Part shown: positions 6,015 to 12,189 of the stretch, one piece after another
Numbering within the stretch: the stretch's first letter is position 1
Layout of the letters: each line of letters starts with the position of its first letter
Source: PVC group bacterium
Lineage (GTDB): Bacteria; Auribacterota; Erginobacteria; Erginobacterales; Erginobacteraceae
DNA: 12,189 bases
Assembly: GCA_043804695.1 (NCBI GenBank)
Contig: JAZDIV010000105.1
Coordinates: 1 to 12,189 of the forward strand
Direction of reading: 5' to 3'
Made by a program: the position numbers and the translations under genes
The notes under the pieces: model-generated
Database searches by the model: none
Told to the model about the DNA's origin: nothing
The model's input: only the letters and a program-made list of their open reading frames with translations

Positions 6015-8404
6015 TTACCTCGTCACCGGAATATCGCCGGAGGTGCCGAAGTAAGCCCTTGATATCCCCCGTATGGCCCACAGCCCCGAAGTCCCCCGGA
6101 AGATACCGATGTCATCCCTTCCATCACCCTGATAGTCGGCGGGAACCGGCTGATCGGAACCCCTCCCGAAGTAACTTCTCGTTACTCCCTTGATGGCCCA
6201 GAGTCCTGCCGTCGGCCGGAAGATGCCGATATCCCAGCTCCCATCGCCATCGTAGTCTCCGGGAACGACTGTATCCGACGATGACCCGAAGTAGGACCTG
6301 GTCACTCCCCTGATCGCCCAGAGCCCTGAAGAACCACGGAAGATACCGATATTCTTCGAGGTATTCCCGGCATAGTACCCCGGGGCCGGGGTGTCAGCCG
6401 AGGAGCCGAAGTAGACACGTGTCACACCCTTAATGGCCCAGAGTCCTGAAGCAGCCCGGAACAGCCCGATATCCCAGCTCCCGTCCCCGTTGTAATCACC
6501 CGGCTGAGGAGAATCGCTGCCGCTCCCGAAATACGAACGGGTGACTTCCCGGACAGCCCAGAGACCGGCGGAACTCCGGAATATCCCGATCTCGGTCGTC
6601 CCGTCACCGTTGTAATCCCCGGGGACTGTCTCATCACTGGAGGAGCCAAAGTAGACGCCGGTCACCCCCCGCACCGCCCATAAACCTGCGGCAGAACGGA
6701 AGATGGCGATGTCAGAGATCCCGTCGCCGTTGTAGTCGTGGATCCAGGGCGGCACAGGCATGGCCCCATATTCATAGGAACCGATATCCACCCGGTCAGC
6801 GCGCCGGTATCCCCTCTGGTCATGGGAATTAACCATCTCCAGGGTCTGGCCGGTTGGATCATATTCGTTCCCATTGTCAATCCGGCGATACAGCGCGGGA
6901 CTTGAAACGGGGACGAGATAGATCAGGATATTATTATCGCTGATTACTCGATAGACCGATGCCCCGGCATTGATCGCCGGACTGTCGGAAGCAATGGAAT
7001 AGCAATCCGTCACCCCTCCGTGATAACCAAAACTTCCCAGCTTGGGATCGGAGTTTATGCAGCCGGGCCCGAAACCGCTGATGTCTCCTGAAACAGTGCT
7101 ATAGCGGATATGTGAATAATCAGTAAAACCTAAAAACTCGCCTCCGGGATTCCCCCAGAAAATGCTGGCCGTGGCATTAATTGGATAATCAGTTGAAACT
7201 TCTGCAATCCCACCACCAGATGGAGCCGAATTTTCACTGAATGTGCAGTTGGTCAGCATGAGCGAGGAGACGGGGACGTCGTTGAGGCATATCCCACCCC
7301 CGTAGGCTGTTGCCGAATTGCCGGAGAACGTGCAGTTGGTCAGGGATTCGCTGCCGGAGCCGTACATCCCTCCCCCGTATTGTGCCGAATTCCCGCTGAA
7401 CGTGCAGTTGGTCAGGATAGGGTCGCCATAGTAGTTGAATATTCCCCCCCCGAACTCGGCCGAATTCCCGCCAAACGTGCAGTCGGTCAGGGTGCCTTCG
7501 CCCATCATCCCCCCCCGAACTCGGCCGAATTCCCGCCGAACGTGCAGCCGGTCAGGGTGCCTTCGCCCAGCATTCCTCCCCCGAACTGGGCCGAATTCCC
7601 GCCGAACGTGCAGTCGGTCAGGGTGCCTTCGCCCATCATCCCCCCCCCGAACTGGGCCGAATTCCCGCTGAACGTACAGTCGGTCAGGGTGCCGGAGCCG
7701 TACATCCCCCCCCCGAACTGGGCCGAATTTCCGCTGAACGTGCAGTTGGTCAGGGCGGGTGAGGAGGAGTCGTCGTTGTAGTAGTTGTACATCCCACCGC
7801 CATTCCCCTGTCCGGGACCTTCCGCATTCCCCCCGGTGACGATGACGCCGTCGAGGAGAGCGCCGGCAACAATTTCAGGAGATTGATCAGAGTTATAGAT
7901 CACGTGGTAAACGTTCGTATAGTTTTCCAGAACGGGGAGGTCCTGACCCGGATCTCCGGTCGGTGGCGGATTGAAGTTTCCGCTCCCGTCGACAATCAGG
8001 GTTCCGTCATGCCAAGTATCGGAGGTTCCCCGGTCCCCTGAAAGGATGGTCTGGTTAGTAATCGGATCCCGTTGTTCCAACGAGGACTCCGTTCCCGCAA
8101 ACCCCCCATACACCTCGACATTATTCCGGAGGGCGAAGCAGTATTCCCGGGGGATACTGGCAGCGGTATGGGGGTTAAACTGCGGCTTATAGACCCCTTT
8201 CTTCACCCAGACCCGGTGAGGGCCTCCGGCGGTAACGTTCGCCAATTCGATGGCAACCTGGGGATCGGTCGCGGCGGTAAACCAGGAATTGAATGGGGGT
8301 GTGCCGGAACCATCTGATGCCACATAGAAGACATCGGCCGAGGCGGCTTGAACGAAGACGATGGAAAACGCAAAGAAGATATGCACCCAAGTTTTCTGCG
8401 TCAC
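6015..8404 (-). CDS. Secreted right-handed beta-helix (Pmp/pectin-lyase-like GGG repeats) protein with a C-terminal six-repeat FG-GAP-like domain; interrupted by a 1-nt deletion in a G-tract
   Basis: AAGGAG RBS before GTG 8404. Signal peptide ..HIFFAFSIVFVQAASA. Motifs VWVKKGVY, VEVYGGFAGTE..RD...TILSGD, repeated CTFSGNSAxxGGG, SPAINAG..DQRG..R..DIGSYE, then six DYxGDG repeats ending DIPVTR. ORFs 7505-8473 and 6015-7508 join if C8 at 7509-7516 were C9. Confidence 0.85.
7444..7753 (-). repeat. Intragenic tandem repeat, 66-bp (22-aa) unit, about five copies
   Basis: The GAA marker falls at 7452, 7517, 7583, 7649 and 7715 (spacings 65, 66, 66, 66). The unit encodes GEGTLTDCTFGGNSAQFGGGMM. More diverged copies lie at about 7290-7415. 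Confidence 0.95.
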
Positions 8405-8581
8405 GGCAAACTCCTTGGAATTATATAATGATACCTTCCTCCTTTTCATGGCAAGGAAATTTTTAGGGAGCATTTTAAACGTGAGAGAAACTTACCGCAG
8501 CTTTTATTAATTAACAGACGAATTGGATGTGATTGGATATTAAGTTTTTTTGCACAAAAGACGTTATACTATTAATGTTCA

Positions 8582-8710
8582 GATGAGTTGGGAAGATCAG
8601 GTAGAGACGGCATAGCGCATACTTATCAGCGAATCAAAAACAAAATGGAGAAGGATAAACAGCTGTTTCGCCGAGTGAATCGGATTTATCAAGAGATTAA
8701 CAGTCATTAG
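8582..8710 (+). mobile_element. Probable C-terminal remnant of a RAYT/Y1 (HUH) transposase carrying a DnaA-domain-IV-like tail
   Basis: The open frame reads ..GRSGRDGIAHTYQRIKNKMEKDKQLFRRVNRIYQEINSH-stop, resembling the last two helices of Bac_DnaA_C. It has no credible start and ends inside a copy of the 24-bp site. Recognition is by eye only. Confidence 0.5.
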
Positions 8711-8725
8711 TCGAGGTTTGACTCC
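8702..8725 (-). repeat. 24-bp site copy (minus orientation) 23 nt downstream of the treS stop
   Basis: Reverse complement GGAGTCAAACCTCGACTAATGACT shares the GTCAA-N10-(T/A)TGAC spacing with 10969-10992 and 16/24 positions with 985-1008. Confidence 0.75.
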
Positions 8726-8748
8726 GGGGCCTCTAAATATCCTTATGG

Positions 8749-10881
8749 TCAGTCGGTTGGGAAAAGGATGGCTTTACCGGAGAGGGCGTCGAGCTTGACG
8801 GTGAAGGCGCCGACGGGGGAGGCGGCACCTTCCGCTTCGCCGGTTATCAAGTTCTGCGCCGTGAGGCCCTGAAGGGCGCCGAGCGTAAATGTCTCCTCGA
8901 CGGACTCCCGGCCGAAGTTTAAAGCGGTCAGCTCGATTCCGAGTCCGTCCGGGAGGCGGTTGACCATCAGGACGGAACCCGGGTTTTTCACCTCCGGCAG
9001 GCCGATCCTCTCCGCGAGGTCCAGCTTGTATTCCTTCCGGATTTTGAGCATCTTCTTCAGACGCGAGGCGAAGGATGAAGGGTCCTTCAATTGTTGAGGG
9101 AGGGGGCCATAGAGCGCCTGGGCTTTCGGCATGCCGGCTGAGGACTTCTTTGCGGCGGGGTTGACGTCCATGAGGTCATAGGCTCCGCGGTTTACCCAGC
9201 GGTAGTCACCGTCGGCGAGGAGGGACGTGATCTCTCCGGTTGGAACAGGGAGCGCCCCCACCAGGTCCCAGCCGGAGAGTGCGAAAACGCCGGGTTGCAT
9301 GGCGTTGTACATCGCCATCAAGAGGTGCCCCTTCTTTAATTTATCCTTTTCCTCGTCAGTTATATTGCGGGGATCCTTCACACCGAGAGCAGCGGCGCAG
9401 AGCCCTGCGCAGGTGGTGCAGAGCCCGTTTCCGGAGAGCTTGTTGTAGGGGTAATCGGGCCCGGTCGCCAGACGGTGCATCTCGTCGATAATCTCCCGGC
9501 GCAGTTCCTCCCCCCTGACTTTCTTCCCTCCGTAATCGAAGAGGTCGTTGCCCTGCTCGGAGAATTGGACGAGCTCGTAGGTGATCTCGTCGTGATTCTG
9601 GAGAGCGTGAATGAGTTTCAGTGGTTTTACGCCGGAGGAGAACATCAGACTGAGGGTCAGGCGCAGGAAGCCGGCGTTGCCGGTGAGAAGGGCGTGGGCG
9701 TAGGCGGGACGGGTGATAAAGTCGTAGGAGAGGTCGGGGCCCAGCTCGGAAAACTCCTTGATGTCTTCGATGGTCAGGTTGAGTTCCTGGAAGGACCAGC
9801 CTCCGAGCTTGCGCATCAGCCAGGCGATGTACTCGCTGCTGGTGACCGAGAGGGGGTGCCCCTCCGACCAGCATTTGGCCGATCCGGGTTTTATCTCGAG
9901 ACCGAGAAAAGGATTGGCGTCGAGGCGGATCACGCGGGCGCCGAGATCGAGGCGGGTTTTGACAATGTCGCCGGCGATGAGACGGTTGGCGGCGAAGCTC
10001 GGGTCGAGCCAGTTCAGCGTGGGCTGGCCGGGCCTGAAATAGTGGAGGTAGACCCAGCGCCGCTCCTTCCCGTCGGTCCCGGTCACGACGGGCGTGGCAT
10101 TCCAGGCGGTCACCGGACCCCCGCCCGGGACAGAATAGAGGACGCGCTGCAGCTGGCCGGGGATATACCCCTTATCTTTCAATCTTTCCACGGTATCCGC
10201 GGGGAGGTTCACGCTGTCCTCGCCTTCGGAAACGTCGGGCAAAAGTCCCCAGTCGTCTTTTTCGATAGTCACCATGGAGTAAAGCCCCGGGTAGTCCTTA
10301 TAGCCCCGTTCGGCGAGGCGGAAGTCGGCGCCCTTGCCGGTATGGCCCGGGATGATATCCCCGATGATGATCGCCCCGTGTTTATGAGCCATTGCGACCA
10401 GCGCTTTATAATGCTCATCGTCTCCGAAAATCGGGTCGACATGGTAGCTGATACGGTCAAACCAGCCATCAACGGTCGGCGTGTAGCCTCGTCCCTGAAT
10501 TCCGCCGGCCCTTCTCACCGGTCCGGTGTGCATCGCCTGGATCCCGATCTCCTCGAAGGCGACCCAGAGATTTTCATTGCCCATAGCCTGAAGGACTGAC
10601 TCACCTTCCCCGGTGATGGTGGAGGAAGGATAGGCGGTGAACCAGACCGAGGCGGTTTCGATAAGTTTCTCCGGTTGGGGCAAAGCGTAAGGGTGGCGCC
10701 ACTGGTTACCCCGCCCGGATACCATTCCGGCTAACTCGCCGGCCTCCCGGAGCATGGCCCGATCTTCCAGCCATTGGATATACGAGTCGGAGCCGCCCGC
10801 GGCCCCTTCAGATGTTGTCGGGCCGAAGAAAATGGTGAAGATCAATAATGCCGCCGGGAGCAGTCCTTTAGGTGTGTTCAT
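8749..10881 (-). CDS. treS: Trehalose synthase / maltose alpha-D-glucosyltransferase, Pseudomonas stutzeri type (GH13), with an N-terminal signal-peptide-like extension
   Basis: AAGGAG-AAGGA RBS. Family motifs YIQWLEDRAML, ASVWFTAYP, HTGP..AGG..TPTVDG.FDRIS, IPGHTGKGADFRLAE, RRWVYLHYF..GQPTLNWLDPSFAA. Catalytic regions RLDAN, FQELN and LQNHDE are intact. Confidence 0.93.
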   Translation of the reverse strand: MNTPKGLLPAALLIFTIFFGPTTSEGAAGGSDSYIQWLEDRAMLREAGELAGMVSGRGNQWRHPYALPQPEKLIETASVWFTAYPSSTITGEGESVLQAMGNENLWVAFEEIGIQAMHTGPVRRAGGIQGRGYTPTVDGWFDRISYHVDPIFGDDEHYKALVAMAHKHGAIIIGDIIPGHTGKGADFRLAERGYKDYPGLYSMVTIEKDDWGLLPDVSEGEDSVNLPADTVERLKDKGYIPGQLQRVLYSVPGGGPVTAWNATPVVTGTDGKERRWVYLHYFRPGQPTLNWLDPSFAANRLIAGDIVKTRLDLGARVIRLDANPFLGLEIKPGSAKCWSEGHPLSVTSSEYIAWLMRKLGGWSFQELNLTIEDIKEFSELGPDLSYDFITRPAYAHALLTGNAGFLRLTLSLMFSSGVKPLKLIHALQNHDEITYELVQFSEQGNDLFDYGGKKVRGEELRREIIDEMHRLATGPDYPYNKLSGNGLCTTCAGLCAAALGVKDPRNITDEEKDKLKKGHLLMAMYNAMQPGVFALSGWDLVGALPVPTGEITSLLADGDYRWVNRGAYDLMDVNPAAKKSSAGMPKAQALYGPLPQQLKDPSSFASRLKKMLKIRKEYKLDLAERIGLPEVKNPGSVLMVNRLPDGLGIELTALNFGRESVEETFTLGALQGLTAQNLITGEAEGAASPVGAFTVKLDALSGKAILFPTD

Positions 10882-10968
10882 TTCCTTACTCCTTTCTTTT
10901 TAACTGTTCCCATTTTAATAAAAAGTTCGGGCTGCAGCCAGAAAAAATCAGGAAGACTCGAGTAAAGA

Positions 10969-10992
10969 GGGGTCAAATCTTTCCTCTTGACA
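10969..10992 (+). repeat. 24-bp site copy, inverted partner of 8702-8725
   Basis: GGGGTCAAATCTTTCCTCTTGACA is 22/24 identical to 2845-2868. Confidence 0.92.
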
Positions 10993-11020
10993 ATTGAGGG
11001 GATTAAAAAATCAGGGGAAA

Positions 11021-11160
11021 AAGCAGGGTCCCTCCCAATTAATAAATTCTTAATTTAATTATTCTGGAATTTAACTCTTGTGTCTCCAACCTCCCGGAAG
11101 GGAGGTTTTTCTTGTAAGCTCAGCTCTTAACCGATACAATCTTTATCTGGTGATTGTTTA
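11021..11160 (+). repeat. Long intergenic repeat, copy G; core site 11025-11047
   Basis: CAGGGTCCCTCCCAATTAATAAATTCTTAATTTAATTATTCTGGAATTTAACTCTTGTGTCTCCAACCTCCCGGAAGGGAGGTTTTTCTTG..CTCTTAACCGATACAATCTTTAT, colinear with A, B and C. Confidence 0.92.
11088..11113 (+). terminator. Terminator-like hairpin within repeat G
   Basis: AACCTCCC-GGAA-GGGAGGTT-TTTCTT, identical to 1792-1817. There is no + strand gene directly upstream here. Confidence 0.7.
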
Positions 11161-11273
11161 TATGCTCTAATCATATTTGCCAATTCCGGCGGCGCCATAC
11201 CGGTCTCGGCGGTTTCCTAGCCGGGCCGGCGTGTCCCGGCCGCCGGGGTCAACCAACGGATAAGAGGTGCACG

Positions 11274-12189
11274 ATGAAGATTGCGGTTATCGGCACAACT
11301 GTTTTGCTCTGCGCGCTGGGGGTCCTGGCGTCCGCCGCCCGGGCGACGGGATGGGAATACCAGAACCCCCGTTCGGAGAACCGGTTTCTGAACCGGGTCC
11401 GGACCGACTCCGCGGGCGGCGCCTTCGCGGTCGGGAACGAGGGGGTGATTCTCCGCTGCGACGGGGAACGCTGGTTGGCGATGCCGAGCGGGGTGGATTA
11501 CGACCTGCTGGACGTCTGCGTTTTTGACCCGGGCGCCGGGTTGGACGCCGTGGCCGTGGGCGGCTCCGGCACGGCTCTGGTCTTCGACGGTTCCGCCTGG
11601 TCCGAACTGGCGACTTCGACCGTCCTGGACCTGAACGGCGTCTGGGGGCCGGCCGCCGATGACCTCTTTGCCGTGGGGGAGGACGGGGTCATCCTGCGCT
11701 ACGACGGGGCGTCGTGGGGTTTGATGACCACCGTCGGCGTCCCGAACCTCTGGGCGGTATGGGGCGCTTCGACGACCGATGTCTTCGCGGCGGGGGACTG
11801 GGGGCTCATTCTCCATTATGACGGGACGGATTGGACGGTGATGACGGCCGCCCCCCACTGGCTCGACGGGATCTGGGGCAGTTCCGGCCAGGATGTCTTC
11901 GTGGTGGGAGCTTCCGGCCTGATCCTGCACTACGACGGGAGCGAATGGTCGTCGATGGACTCCGGGGCCTCCCTGGATTTCACCGACGTCTGGGGAGTCT
12001 CGGGGACGGATGTTTACGCGGTCACCAATTTCGGCAACGTGCAGGGCAAGATATACCGTTACGACGGGAGTTCCTGGGCCGAAGTCTACTCGGCCGACGC
12101 CGCCTTTAACGGGATCGGGGGATTCCCCGGAGGGGCCGTCTTCGTGGTGGGGGCCTGGGGCGTCATCCTCCGGGGGGAGGGGGGAAGCT
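11274..12189 (+). CDS. Secreted beta-propeller repeat protein (BNR/Ycf48-like), 3' end beyond the window; absent from the ORF track
   Basis: AGAGGT RBS then ATG 11274. My translation: MKIAVIGTTVLLCALGVLASAARATGWEYQNP..AFAVGNEGVILRCDGERW..LNGVWGPAADDLFAVGEDGVILRYDGASW..LWAVWGASTTDVFAAGDWGLILHYDGTDW..LDGIWGSSGQDVFVVGASGLILHYDGSEW.., with no stop before the window end. Confidence 0.9.
   Translation, partial: MKIAVIGTTVLLCALGVLASAARATGWEYQNPRSENRFLNRVRTDSAGGAFAVGNEGVILRCDGERWLAMPSGVDYDLLDVCVFDPGAGLDAVAVGGSGTALVFDGSAWSELATSTVLDLNGVWGPAADDLFAVGEDGVILRYDGASWGLMTTVGVPNLWAVWGASTTDVFAAGDWGLILHYDGTDWTVMTAAPHWLDGIWGSSGQDVFVVGASGLILHYDGSEWSSMDSGASLDFTDVWGVSGTDVYAVTNFGNVQGKIYRYDGSSWAEVYSADAAFNGIGGFPGGAVFVVGAWGVILRGEGGS

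Noticed and set aside
7444..7753. CRISPR array or DGR template/variable repeats
   Set aside because: The units are contiguous, in-frame 66-bp coding repeats without unique spacers. Differences are not adenine-specific, and no cas or reverse transcriptase gene is in the window.
9475..10599. Long antisense ORFs (also 3729-4586 and 11217-11930) and other short overlapping ORFs
   Set aside because: These are shadows of GC-rich genes on the opposite strand or in another frame, with no recognisable motifs.
981..11160. Classical integron attC sites
   Set aside because: The repeats lack the RYYYAAC...GTTRRRY ends and long imperfect palindrome, occur in both orientations, and no intI is visible.
11245..11252. 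GGGGTCAA as a further site copy
   Set aside because: The match stops after 8 nt in GC-rich sequence, with no second arm.

Overview
A mosaic accessory region from a diderm bacterium. The six-repeat 'GDYxGDG..IFR..GLWAxRGxTRxYFG...PVTR' C-terminal domains recall proteins I associate with Ca. Auribacterota/PVC-like MAGs, but this is recollection and unverified. It holds eight functionally unrelated genes: a catalytically degenerate LigD 3'-phosphoesterase-domain protein with a C-terminal membrane anchor, a small outer-membrane beta-barrel, a frameshifted AbiEii toxin preceded by only the last codons of its antitoxin, two secreted proteins sharing a C-terminal FG-GAP-like repeat domain (one split by a 1-nt poly-G loss within 66-bp tandem repeats), a frameshifted LCM-type SAM methyltransferase, a P. 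stutzeri-type trehalose synthase with an apparent signal peptide, and a secreted beta-propeller running off the right edge (missed by the ORF track). The main unexplained structure is intergenic. Every spacer between these genes carries one or more copies of a ~24-bp site family (GGGTCAnAyCy-N5-T-N2-TrA). Six of the seven complete genes have a co-oriented copy 9-42 nt after the stop codon, the abiEii and treS genes are each bracketed by an inverted pair, four copies extend into a longer conserved element (three with a terminator hairpin), and one copy overlaps the end of a probable RAYT/Y1-transposase C-terminal remnant. Together these suggest a HUH-transposase-linked, integron-like gene-cassette array. 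No intact recombinase is present in the window.
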